A stretch of 64,000 nt of DNA from Acidobacteriota bacterium (GCA_003223645.1 QHVT01000006.1:340967-404966); one strand, 5' to 3'; positions 26,478 to 34,887 are shown, counted from the stretch's first letter. Translations and numbers: made by a program. The notes: generated by a model not told the origin, from the letters alone.

Positions 26478-26774
26478 ATGACCTACCTCGATGAACTGAG
26501 GGACGTGATCCGACGCCTTCACGGCGCGGACGCGGCGCATGTCGAGAGCGTGCCGGTCAAAGAGGTGTTCAAAGGGAAAACGGTTTGGGAGGGAGTCGTG
26601 GAGGTATTCGATCTGCACGGACATCCAACGGCCAGCCGCGTCTACGCATGGGCGCACGATACCGACGATCCCGCAGCGCCACGGCGACACGTCACGGTGT
26701 TGCACAGCCATCCAATCGAATCAGCACGGCAGGCGGTGCGAGCCGCTATCGTGCAGGAGTTCAGAGAACAGTGA
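26478..26774 (+). CDS. Hypothetical protein (first gene of RHH two-gene module)
   Basis: 98 aa from MTYLDELRD; stop overlaps GTG start of next gene (GTGA). Confidence 0.45.
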   Translation: MTYLDELRDVIRRLHGADAAHVESVPVKEVFKGKTVWEGVVEVFDLHGHPTASRVYAWAHDTDDPAAPRRHVTVLHSHPIESARQAVRAAIVQEFREQ

Positions 26775-26953
26775 GTCAACCGAAGCCTAAGAAACCGGGC
26801 CGTCCGAAGTTGGCGAAGGGTCACGCGAAGGCGCACATCGTTCCGGTGCGGTTCAATCCTGACTTGCTCCGACGAGTCGAGAAGGCGGCGAAGGCGAGCG
26901 GTAAGAACGTTTCCGAATGGATCAGGAGCACCCTCGATGCCGCAACGAACTGA
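26771..26953 (+). CDS. Ribbon-helix-helix (CopG-like) DNA-binding protein, antitoxin-like
   Basis: 60 aa; HIVPVRFNPDLLRRVEKAAKASGKNVSEWIRSTLD is a typical RHH fold signature. Confidence 0.55.
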   Translation: MSQPKPKKPGRPKLAKGHAKAHIVPVRFNPDLLRRVEKAAKASGKNVSEWIRSTLDAATN

Positions 26954-26985
26954 GCCGGTCAAATTAGGACACTACCCGCTGCTGC
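26952..26985. repeat. Right terminal inverted repeat of the 3.3 kb element
   Basis: Reverse complement carries core GGGTAGTGTCCTAATTTG. Confidence 0.6.
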
Positions 26986-26997
26986 GAGTGGTTGCTT

Positions 26998-27609
26998 TCA
27001 GGAGGGCGATGGCGTAGCCACCGCCCTTCGGAATTTCCGCACGGCTTCGGTTTGGTCTTCGTAGTCGAGGAAGCCTTCGATGAAGGAAGGCGTGAGCCCG
27101 GGCATCACGACGCTCTTCGAGATTTCGACGTACGCATCACCGCGCAGCTCGTACGCCTTTAGCTTTTCCTTTTTCCAGATCCAAACCTCTCTCACTCCGA
27201 GACCGCGATAGACGTCGAGCTTATCGAGTCCTCCGCGTGTCCAAATCACTTCCACCGCGAGATCAGGATTTTCCTTCTCCGCTCCGACGACGTAACACTC
27301 GTCCGGCTCGATTCCCCGCAACTTGGGAGCGTTGCGCATGGTGAGGGAACCGTAACCATTGAAAAATATCCCGTTCTCCTCCGCATAGGTTTCGAGAAGG
27401 CGACCGATCAACGTCTTGTAAAACTCGTGGCTTCGCGATGGACTCATGATCTCGAGTTGTCCCTCCAGGTAGGTCACCCGTACTCCGGCACGATCGCCGC
27501 GGATTGCGAGGAAGGTTTCGAACTGCCACCAGTCGATGTCCTGCAGAATCACGCGCTGATCGGGGTCTAGCGACCTGTCCGGAGGCGCGAGAACGGGTGC
27601 GGTGGACAT
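26998..27609 (-). CDS. Uma2-family (DUF820) PD-(D/E)xK endonuclease
   Basis: 203 aa from MSTAPVLAP; motifs ILQDIDWWQFE, YLEGQLEIMSP, PDLAVEV typical of Uma2 family. Confidence 0.7.
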   Translation of the reverse strand: MSTAPVLAPPDRSLDPDQRVILQDIDWWQFETFLAIRGDRAGVRVTYLEGQLEIMSPSRSHEFYKTLIGRLLETYAEENGIFFNGYGSLTMRNAPKLRGIEPDECYVVGAEKENPDLAVEVIWTRGGLDKLDVYRGLGVREVWIWKKEKLKAYELRGDAYVEISKSVVMPGLTPSFIEGFLDYEDQTEAVRKFRRAVATPSPS

Positions 27610-27673
27610 GAATCGAATATAACACCATATTCCTGAAAATCTTGGCACGCCGCTCGCGATAGAAACCACCCAG

Positions 27674-28366
27674 ATGCGGCGCGTTTCCGTTAGGCCCGGA
27701 GCGCCGGAGAGGCGGTCGTTTCCTCGTCCCCCGCTCTGGCTGAACCTGCTCGTACTTCTCCTCGGCATTGCAGGATTTCTGTACGCGCGCTACGACCGCG
27801 AGCGCGTGTCGACGAAGTTCGCGGGAGTGCTCGCCGAGGAGGCGCGGACGCCGGCGGATACGGCGCGGATGAAAGACGAGCTCGCGAAGCTCGCTCTCAC
27901 GCGCAACGATCTGCAGCATGAGCTCGAAGGGCGGATGAAGTTCGTCGCGAGTCTGAAGTCGGAAGACTTTTACCTTTCGATCGACTCGCGTTCGCATCGC
28001 CTGCGCTTCTACTACGGCGGCACGATCCTGCGCGAAGACGACGTCGCGATCGGCGAGTCGAAGACGATCAACGCGAACGGACACACGTGGACGTTCATCC
28101 CGCTGAAAGGCGCGTTCCCCGTCGAAGCGAAGATCGTCGACTACGCGTGGCGCGTGCCGGAGTGGCTCGATCCCGCGCGTCCGACGATCGCGGACGGTCT
28201 CGGAAAGTACGTGCTGTTTTTACCGAACGGCTACGTGATTCACACGCCGCCGTCGCAAGCGAGTCCGCTGCACGGGCCGAAGCCGGGCTCGTACATGGTC
28301 TCGGAGGAAGCGCTCGCCGCGATCTGGGAGCGCATTCACAAAGGAACCCCGGTGTACATCTATTGA
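27674..28366 (+). CDS. L,D-transpeptidase (YkuD) domain paralog lacking the catalytic Cys motif
   Basis: N-terminal TM; YkuD-like region NGHTWTFIPLKG ... NGYVIHTPP ... GPKPGSYMV ... GTPVYIY but SHGC(V/I)R motif replaced by GSYMVS. Confidence 0.55.
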   Translation: MRRVSVRPGAPERRSFPRPPLWLNLLVLLLGIAGFLYARYDRERVSTKFAGVLAEEARTPADTARMKDELAKLALTRNDLQHELEGRMKFVASLKSEDFYLSIDSRSHRLRFYYGGTILREDDVAIGESKTINANGHTWTFIPLKGAFPVEAKIVDYAWRVPEWLDPARPTIADGLGKYVLFLPNGYVIHTPPSQASPLHGPKPGSYMVSEEALAAIWERIHKGTPVYIY

Positions 28367-28370
28367 AACG

Positions 28371-28449
28371 GTCGCTCGGTTGCGCAGTCGCGCGGTTACG
28401 CAGCAGATCCTCGCTGCGCAACCGCGTGACCGCGTAACGGCGCAACCGG
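28371..28449. repeat. Tandem-unit palindrome (CGGTTGCGC-type units, then their reverse complements)
   Basis: GGTCGCTCGGTTGCGCAGTCGCGCGGTTACGCAGC ... GCTGCGCAACCGCGTGACCGCGTAACGGCGCAACCG between the two YkuD genes. Confidence 0.7.
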
Positions 28450-28458
28450 AGGACAGAA

Positions 28459-29295
28459 ATGCGAAGGTGGATCGGACTGCTGGGATCGTGGGCGCTCTTG
28501 GTGCTGGCCCTCGGGATCCTCGGATACGCGGCGGCGACGCAGGCGATCACGCTCGCCGACGCGCGCAAGCTGCGGCGCTACGAAGCCGTCGACGAGGCGA
28601 TCGAAGGCGAAGTGAAACGGCAAGTGCAGCAGATGCAGGAGACGATGTCGAAGCGCTCGACGCAGGTCACCGCGCTGCAATCGGAGGTCACGTCGGCCGA
28701 GAAACAGATCGAAGATCTGCGCGACACGAATCTCGTCATCACCGTGTCGACGAAAGAGAACCACGTCTACGCGCGTCGAAACGGACAGCTCGTGTTCGAC
28801 GCCGTCTGTTCGACGGGCAAAGGAACGACGCTGCGCAGCGGCAGCGAGACGATCATCTTCCGCACGCCGGTCGGACGCTTTCGCATTCAATCGAAAGAAG
28901 AGCATCCGATGTGGGTGCCGCCGGACTGGCACTTCATCGAGCAGGCACGCGAGAACGGACTCGACGTCGTGCATCTCTCGCGCGGCCAGCGACTCGGCGA
29001 CTTGTACGTCAGCGACCACGACGTGATGTCGAATGGCTCGCCGCTGCCGGGCGGAGAGTTGATCGTGCGCGGCGGCGCGATCGTGATCCCTCCGGTCGGC
29101 ACGCACCAGCGCGAGTTCCCCGACGTTCTCGGCGACTACCGCCTCAACCTCGGCGACGGCTACGCGCTGCACGGCACGCAAGCCGTCTCGCAGCTCGGCC
29201 GCAGCGTGTCGCACGGCTGCGTGCGACTGAGCAACGAAGACATCGCGCGCCTCTACGCGATCGCGAACGTCGGTGATGAAGTAGTGATCTACTAG
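28459..29295 (+). CDS. L,D-transpeptidase (YkuD family)
   Basis: N-terminal TM and coiled coil; catalytic motif HGTQAVSQLGRSVSHGCVRL. Confidence 0.75.
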   Translation: MRRWIGLLGSWALLVLALGILGYAAATQAITLADARKLRRYEAVDEAIEGEVKRQVQQMQETMSKRSTQVTALQSEVTSAEKQIEDLRDTNLVITVSTKENHVYARRNGQLVFDAVCSTGKGTTLRSGSETIIFRTPVGRFRIQSKEEHPMWVPPDWHFIEQARENGLDVVHLSRGQRLGDLYVSDHDVMSNGSPLPGGELIVRGGAIVIPPVGTHQREFPDVLGDYRLNLGDGYALHGTQAVSQLGRSVSHGCVRLSNEDIARLYAIANVGDEVVIY

Positions 29296-29377
29296 TCGCG
29301 GTTGCGCGGTTGCTCGGTCGCGCAGTTGCTCGGCAACAGCTCAAAGCCGCAAAACCGCGTAACCGCGTAACCGCGGC
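29296..29377. repeat. Tandem-unit palindrome (GCGGTTGC-type)
   Basis: TCGCGGTTGCGCGGTTGCTCGGTCGCGCAGTTGCTCGG ... CCGCAAAACCGCGTAACCGCGTAACCGCGG. Confidence 0.7.
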
Positions 29378-29395
29378 GAGACTACAATCCTCCCC

Positions 29396-29854
29396 ATGAA
29401 GCGTGCCGCGGTCGTGGTCCTAATCATGGGCGGCGCGTTCCTCGCCTATCGCCAGTTCGGATCGCATGGACCGGCAAAGCGCTATCAGCAGTTCGCTGAC
29501 GAGATTCTCAAGCGCAATTACGCTGCTGCCGCGCGCATGAGCGATGGTCTTTCGGAGCAGCAGGTCGCAACGATGGGAACGCAGGAGCGGATCGGCGCGG
29601 GACCGGCGATGTTCCAGACGCTGTTCCCTTCGCGCTACAACGTCGAGTCGGAAGACAAAGCGAGCGACGGAACCGTCACGCTGCACGCGATTCAGACGGT
29701 GCTCTTCAATCCGCCCGGCGTCGAGTCCGCGCTGCGACCCGCGATGTACGCGAAGCTGCGGCAGACCGTGCAGCTGAAGAAGCGCGACGGCGAGTGGAAG
29801 GTCACGTCCTTCGAGAACAAATTTCAGGAAATGGATTCCTTGTCGTCGAAATGA
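29396..29854 (+). CDS. Hypothetical membrane-anchored/secreted protein
   Basis: 152 aa; N-terminal hydrophobic segment MKRAAVVVLIMGGAFLAY; stop overlaps next start (ATGA). Confidence 0.5.
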   Translation: MKRAAVVVLIMGGAFLAYRQFGSHGPAKRYQQFADEILKRNYAAAARMSDGLSEQQVATMGTQERIGAGPAMFQTLFPSRYNVESEDKASDGTVTLHAIQTVLFNPPGVESALRPAMYAKLRQTVQLKKRDGEWKVTSFENKFQEMDSLSSK

Positions 29855-30453
29855 ATCCGTGGCGTGATCGGCTCCATCGCTGGTTCGAGCCGCTCGCGCG
29901 GCACTGTCCGCTCTCGCCCAACGCAATCACGCTGCTCGCGCTGGCGATCAATATCGGCGCGGCGTATTTGCTGTATCGACGATTCTTTCTGCTCGCGATC
30001 GTGCTGGTGTCGATCGGCGGATTCGCGGACGCGTTCGACGGAATGGTCGCGCGCGTGCAGCAGAAGACGTCGCGCTACGGCGATTTTCTCGATCATTTCG
30101 CCGATCGCGTGAGCGACACGGTGCTGCTCAGCGGCTGGCTCCTCGGGAACGAGGTGCGCGTCGAGATCGCGCTTGCCGCGATGATCGCGGTCACGCTCAA
30201 CGGCTACATCGGCACGCAGCTGGAGGCGACGTGGCGCGAGCGCGACTACGGGAGCGTCGGCCGCGGCGAGTTCGTTCTCGGACTGATCGTCTATCCCGCG
30301 GTGTCGACCATCCTGTACGACAACGATTGGTCGGCGATCGCGTTCGGCGGATTGCGCATCGTCGAGTGGATGTCGCTGGCGATCATCATCTTCGCACTCC
30401 TCGGCGTCGCGCAGCGTATTGCCATCGCCAACAAGATGGAGCGCTCGCAGTGA
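29851..30453 (+). CDS. CDP-alcohol phosphatidyltransferase family protein
   Basis: Signature DAFDGMVARVQQKTSRYGDFLDHFADRVSD (D-G-x2-A-R-x8-G-x3-D-x3-D); multiple TM segments. Confidence 0.75.
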   Translation: MNPWRDRLHRWFEPLARHCPLSPNAITLLALAINIGAAYLLYRRFFLLAIVLVSIGGFADAFDGMVARVQQKTSRYGDFLDHFADRVSDTVLLSGWLLGNEVRVEIALAAMIAVTLNGYIGTQLEATWRERDYGSVGRGEFVLGLIVYPAVSTILYDNDWSAIAFGGLRIVEWMSLAIIIFALLGVAQRIAIANKMERSQ

Positions 30454-31247
30454 CGTCGGTGCGGCGCAATCCGTTGACCGGCGATCCGATTTTGTTCGCG
30501 CCGGAGCGCGCCGCGCGTCCGCACGCGTTCGGCGATGAAGAGGACGACGCGCGCTGTCCGTTCTGCGCGGGACACGAAGAAGACACGCCGCCGGAGATTT
30601 TGCGCGTCGGCAATCCGTGGCGCGTGCGGGTCGTGCCGAACAAGTACCCGCCGATCGCAGGCGCGGAAGTCATCATCGAGTCGCCGCGGCATGACGCGCA
30701 GTTCGACAATCCCGAGATTGTGCACGTGTACGCGCAGCGCCATCGCGCGCACGCCGACGCGGCGTACGTCGCGCTGTTCAAGAACGAAGGAGCGCGCGCG
30801 GGATCATCGATCGCGCACGTGCATTCGCAGCTCATCCCGTTGCCGTTCGTGCCGCCACGCATCGAGCATGAGCGCGCGGCGTTTGCGAACGCATGTCCGC
30901 TGTGCGAGGCGCAGCCGAACGTCATCCGCGAGACGCGCGCGTTCACGTGGTTCGCGCCGCATGCGTCGTCGATGGCCTATCAGCAGTGGATCGTGCCGAA
31001 GCGACACGCCGCGTCGATCGGCGAGCTGCACGATGCGGAGCTCGACGAGCTGGCAACGTTGCTGCGTGATGCCTCGCGGGCGATGCGCAGTCTCAGCGAT
31101 GCCTACAACTGGATGTTCGTGAACACGCCGCACTTTTACATCGATCTGTTTCCGCGCATGACGACCCTCGCCGGACTCGAGCTCGGCACCGGCACGTTCG
31201 TCGAGATCATCGATCCCGCCGCGGCCGCGGAGCGCTTTCGCTCATGA
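30450..31247 (+). CDS. Galactose-1-phosphate uridylyltransferase-like HIT-family nucleotidyltransferase
   Basis: GTG start overlapping upstream stop; Zn/active-site motifs CPFCAGHE and IAHVHSQL (GalT-type H-x-H-x-Q). Confidence 0.6.
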   Translation: MTSVRRNPLTGDPILFAPERAARPHAFGDEEDDARCPFCAGHEEDTPPEILRVGNPWRVRVVPNKYPPIAGAEVIIESPRHDAQFDNPEIVHVYAQRHRAHADAAYVALFKNEGARAGSSIAHVHSQLIPLPFVPPRIEHERAAFANACPLCEAQPNVIRETRAFTWFAPHASSMAYQQWIVPKRHAASIGELHDAELDELATLLRDASRAMRSLSDAYNWMFVNTPHFYIDLFPRMTTLAGLELGTGTFVEIIDPAAAAERFRS

Positions 31248-31951
31248 TTCCGCTGCGCGACGACAATCCCCGCCGCACGTTTCCGATCGTCAACTACTTG
31301 CTCATCGCCGCGAACATTCTCGGCTTCCTGTGGGAGCTGCGCCTCGGTCCGTATCTCGACAACGAGATCATGCGCGTCGCATTCATCCCGAAGCGCTTCT
31401 GGGTTCCCGGTTACTGGACCGCCGATGTTTACTCGATCGTGATCTCGATGTTCCTGCACGGCGGCTTCCTGCACATCGCATCGAACATGCTCTACCTCTG
31501 GATCTTCGGCGACAACGTCGAAGACCGCCTCGGCCACTTCCGCTATCTGCTCTTCTATTTCCTCTGCGGCTTCGGCGCGACGTTCGCGCATGCGGTCTTC
31601 AGTCCCGCATCGCAACTCCCCGCGATCGGCGCGTCCGGCGCGATCGCCGGCGTCCTCGGCGCGTATCTGCTGCTCTGGCCGCATGCGCGCGTGCTCACGC
31701 TGATCCCGATCATCTTCTTCATCACGGTTCGCGAGCTGCCGGCCGTGTTCATCCTCGGCCTCTGGTTCGTGCTGCAGTTTTTCAGCGGAATCGGATCGCT
31801 CGGCGTGCCCGACGCGCAGAACGCCGGCGGCGTCGCCTACTTCGCGCACATCGGCGGCTTCGTGTCAGGAATCCTGCTCGTGTTTTTGTTCGGCGGATTT
31901 AGGCGGCCGCGCCGTCGCGAGCCGCCTCTCCCATGGTGGGCGCAGAGTTAG
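31244..31951 (+). CDS. Rhomboid-family intramembrane serine protease
   Basis: Catalytic motifs GASGAIAGV (Ser) and AHIGGFVSG (His); 6-7 TM; ATGA overlap with upstream gene. Confidence 0.8.
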   Translation: MIPLRDDNPRRTFPIVNYLLIAANILGFLWELRLGPYLDNEIMRVAFIPKRFWVPGYWTADVYSIVISMFLHGGFLHIASNMLYLWIFGDNVEDRLGHFRYLLFYFLCGFGATFAHAVFSPASQLPAIGASGAIAGVLGAYLLLWPHARVLTLIPIIFFITVRELPAVFILGLWFVLQFFSGIGSLGVPDAQNAGGVAYFAHIGGFVSGILLVFLFGGFRRPRRREPPLPWWAQS

Positions 31952-31953
31952 GG

Positions 31954-32012
31954 TTTCGCGGTTACGCGGTCTCGCGGTGGGTTCTGCCGCGCAACTGCGC
32001 GACCGCACAACC
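31954..32012. repeat. Short tandem-unit palindrome (GCGGTTAC/GCGGTCTC units)
   Basis: GTTTCGCGGTTACGCGGTCTCGCGGTGGG ... CCGCGCAACTGCGCGACCGCACAACCCC between convergent genes. Confidence 0.55.
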
Positions 32013-32013
32013 C

Positions 32014-32772
32014 CTACGAGACTTTCCCGAAATACTTCTCGAGATGATCGTACGCGTTGCGCACGTTCTCGCTCGGGTTGCGCACCTCGGCGAATGCATC
32101 GCGCCACGTCAGGCCGACGCGCTGGACGTTGCGCTCGCGCAGTCCGAAGAGCACTTCGCGCAGCGCCTCCGACTCGGGCCCGGAGAGGTCGGCGCGCATG
32201 ATCTCTTTCTCGAGCGCGACCTGCGCCGCGAGCAGATGCTGCTCTTCCGTCGGCGTTCCGGGATTCGTCACCGCCGGAACTTTCAGCGTCGTGGGACGCA
32301 CGTTCTCGGAGATCTCGCGCGGCTGGCTGCCGCCGCTCATGTCGACGGCGCCGGGGAGCTCTTTCAGCTGCGGGCTGAACTTGCCCATCATGAAGAAGAG
32401 CTCTTTCTCGTTCGCGAAGTTGCCGACGAGACGCGCCGACTTCGCGAGCTCGAGGTGCTCGGACTCCTGCAGCATGATGAACGCGCGCGCGCGATCTTCG
32501 AGCGTGATCTTCTTCGCGTGCACTTTCCACGCGGTCAGCGTGCCCTGGATGAAGCAGGCCTGCCCCGCGCGGATGCTTACCGCTTCGACCGTCACGTTTT
32601 CTTCGATGCGGATCGATCCGTTCGTCGATTCAATCTCTGAATAGACGCCGGAGTTCTGGATCACCAGGTTTCCCGGCGTTTTGATGGACAGCTGTCCGTG
32701 CGTGTTCACACGGATCTCCGTCCCGCGCGGGATGATCATCGTCGGAAAATTGGCCTCGCCGGCTGTACTCAT
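32014..32772 (-). CDS. Bactofilin-like beta-helical repeat protein (polymer-forming cytoskeletal-like, tentative)
   Basis: N-terminal 85 aa show bactofilin-like G-x-V/I repeats (GTEIRVNTHGQLSIKTPGNLVIQNSGVYSEIESTNGSIRIEENVTVEAVSIRAG); remainder helical; immediately follows M23 peptidase gene with no gap. Confidence 0.35.
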   Translation of the reverse strand: MSTAGEANFPTMIIPRGTEIRVNTHGQLSIKTPGNLVIQNSGVYSEIESTNGSIRIEENVTVEAVSIRAGQACFIQGTLTAWKVHAKKITLEDRARAFIMLQESEHLELAKSARLVGNFANEKELFFMMGKFSPQLKELPGAVDMSGGSQPREISENVRPTTLKVPAVTNPGTPTEEQHLLAAQVALEKEIMRADLSGPESEALREVLFGLRERNVQRVGLTWRDAFAEVRNPSENVRNAYDHLEKYFGKVS

Positions 32773-33807
32773 TCACGACCTCCTCTTCCCAGAGCCGGTA
32801 AACGCTGTCGGTAGCGGATCGAAGTTGCGGTACTCCTTGATGGCACGCGCGCGCATGAGCAGCAGCGCCTCGTTGCTCCATTGATAGTTGAGGATGTAGA
32901 TGCGCGGATCGATCGGATCGAAGCGATCGGCGAGCTCGAGATCGGTGCGCACTTCGTAGTGCAGATGCGAGTTCGTGCTCCAGCCCGTCGAGCCGACGGT
33001 GGCGATCGTGTCGCCCTGCCGCACTTCCTGGCCGGTGCGCACCTTCACGGTGTCGCAGTGGCCGTAGATGGTGATGAAGCGATCGGAGTGTTTGATCGTG
33101 ACGACGTTGCCGAAGCGCCACCAGTTCACGCTCGTGCCGAGGGGGACGCGGCCGGCGAAGGTGACGACGCCGTCGGCGGTGGCGTAAATCGAAGTGCCGG
33201 TCGGCGCGGAGAGATCGAGTCCTTTGTGAAAGTCGGCCGCGCGCGTGAACGGCGAGACGCGATTGCCGAACGGCGATGTGAGCACGAACTGATCGGCGGG
33301 CAGCGGAAGGATCGACGGCGTGTGGCGGACGATGTCGGCGTTCTCGGCTTCGTAGCGCGCGACGACGTCGAGCTGCTGCTGCAGACGGCGCATCGCGGTC
33401 TGCAGTGAGATCTCGCGTCGGCGCCCGTCATCGAGCGGCTCGTCGGCGACGTGCCCGCGCATCGGAGTCGAGAAACCGCCCTGTCCGAGGGAACGGTCGA
33501 GGCCGTAGACCGTCATCAACTTCTCGACGCGGATGCGCTGATCTTCGAGGCTTCGCTCGAGACTCGACATCTGCACGACGTTCTCGCGCAATCGCTCGCG
33601 CTGAATGTCGCGCTCCTCGCGCTGCTCCTTGAGAAAATTCACCTTGTACACGCGGCGGATGACGGTCGGCGCCGCGGCCATCGAGCCGATCAGGCCCGCG
33701 AGCACGATCGAAAGCACGACGATTCCGGTGACGACACGACGGCGGTCGAGGAAGAAGTACCTCACGCGCCGGCGGATGTCGCTCGGGTGGATCTGGATTT
33801 CGATCAT
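32773..33807 (-). CDS. M23 family (LytM) peptidoglycan DD-endopeptidase
   Basis: N-terminal TM and coiled coil; M23 motifs HKGLDLSAP and NSHLHYEV. Confidence 0.8.
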   Translation of the reverse strand: MIEIQIHPSDIRRRVRYFFLDRRRVVTGIVVLSIVLAGLIGSMAAAPTVIRRVYKVNFLKEQREERDIQRERLRENVVQMSSLERSLEDQRIRVEKLMTVYGLDRSLGQGGFSTPMRGHVADEPLDDGRRREISLQTAMRRLQQQLDVVARYEAENADIVRHTPSILPLPADQFVLTSPFGNRVSPFTRAADFHKGLDLSAPTGTSIYATADGVVTFAGRVPLGTSVNWWRFGNVVTIKHSDRFITIYGHCDTVKVRTGQEVRQGDTIATVGSTGWSTNSHLHYEVRTDLELADRFDPIDPRIYILNYQWSNEALLLMRARAIKEYRNFDPLPTAFTGSGKRRS

Positions 33808-33868
33808 GGCGCAATCACGCGCTGGACAACGCGCGGGTCAGTCAGTGTAGCACAGGGGGTTGTGCGGG

Positions 33869-34555
33869 TTACTGCACAAGATCGGATGCAGTGGCGGACC
33901 GCTTCGTGAGCCGCTTCACCAGCATCGGCAACAACATGATCGTCAACATCAACCCGCACACGATTAGCAGTCGCGTCACCACTTCTCCCTCGCTCATCGA
34001 GCCGTTGAAGACGGCGTCGGCGCAGTAGGTGAAGACGAGAAGAGACGGCGTGATGCCGATGAGCGTCGACGGGAGGAAGTCGCGCATGCGCACACCCGCG
34101 ACGCCGGCGCCGTAGTTGAGGACGGCGAACGGGATGCCGGGGATGTTGCGCAGGATGAGGAGCGATTTGAATCCGGCGTGGTCGACCTGTTTCGCGACCA
34201 TGCGTCCGACTCTGCCGAAGCGATCGAGGACGCCCGTGCCGAGGAAGCGGCCGACGTAGAAGGATGCGACGGCGCCGAGCGTGGCGCCGATGATCGAGTA
34301 GATCGTGCCGAAGACCCACCCCCAGATGAAGCCGGCGGCGACGACGAAGAGCGACGCGGGAATCGCGAAGACGCAGCCGACGGCGAACGCGAGGATGAAT
34401 GCGATCGGTCCATACCAGAGTCCGCGCAGATGCTCGACGAAGACGCGGATGTGGTCGCGCGTGAGCTGCGCGCGCAGCGGCGAGAACCAGATCGCGACGA
34501 ACGCGGCGACGAGGAGGACGAGCACTGCGATCCGGAAGATCGTGCGCTTCGTCAT
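33869..34555 (-). CDS. TVP38/TMEM64 (DedA-like, SNARE-associated) family membrane protein
   Basis: 228 aa from MTKRTIF; multi-TM with GFIWGWVFGTIYSIIGATLGAVASFYVGR motif. Confidence 0.7.
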   Translation of the reverse strand: MTKRTIFRIAVLVLLVAAFVAIWFSPLRAQLTRDHIRVFVEHLRGLWYGPIAFILAFAVGCVFAIPASLFVVAAGFIWGWVFGTIYSIIGATLGAVASFYVGRFLGTGVLDRFGRVGRMVAKQVDHAGFKSLLILRNIPGIPFAVLNYGAGVAGVRMRDFLPSTLIGITPSLLVFTYCADAVFNGSMSEGEVVTRLLIVCGLMLTIMLLPMLVKRLTKRSATASDLVQ

Positions 34556-34887
34556 CGCGACGGGCTCACTCTCAGAACGGAGTTCTCGATCGGCGCAGCG
34601 GCGAGGCTGAACGTGTGGAAGACGACTGTGAACGCCGTCTCGCACGGAACGTCGCGCAGATAGAAGGTCGCGGATGATGCGGGGACTTCTTTGTCGATGA
34701 TCATATTTTTGACCGCACACTGCGCTTTCAGCGACTGCAGGACGTCGCGCACGTCGGCGTCTTTGACGTCGAGCGTGACTTTGGACTGCGGCGCCTTCGG
34801 CGCCGCTTTCAAAAGCGGCGGCGCAGCCGCGGCGGTCCAAAGAAGCAAGCCGACCAGAAGAGTTCTCACGAGCGCGAATCTAAACAC
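34552..34887 (-). CDS. Secreted hypothetical protein
   Basis: GTG start; signal peptide FRFALVRTLLVGLLLWTAAAA; 111 aa. Confidence 0.45.
   Translation of the reverse strand: MFRFALVRTLLVGLLLWTAAAAPPLLKAAPKAPQSKVTLDVKDADVRDVLQSLKAQCAVKNMIIDKEVPASSATFYLRDVPCETAFTVVFHTFSLAAAPIENSVLRVSPSR

Larger units (their letters stand above)
23656..26985. mobile_element. About 3.3 kb segment bounded by 30-bp imperfect terminal inverted repeats, carrying IS1-family transposase plus cargo (XRE regulator, HTH protein, RHH two-gene module, AT-rich membrane protein)
   Basis: Left end gctgctgGGTAGTGTCCTAATTTGgacggcc (23656-23686) and right end read on minus strand gcagcagcGGGTAGTGTCCTAATTTGaccggct (26952-26985); interior visibly lower GC. 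Confidence 0.55.
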
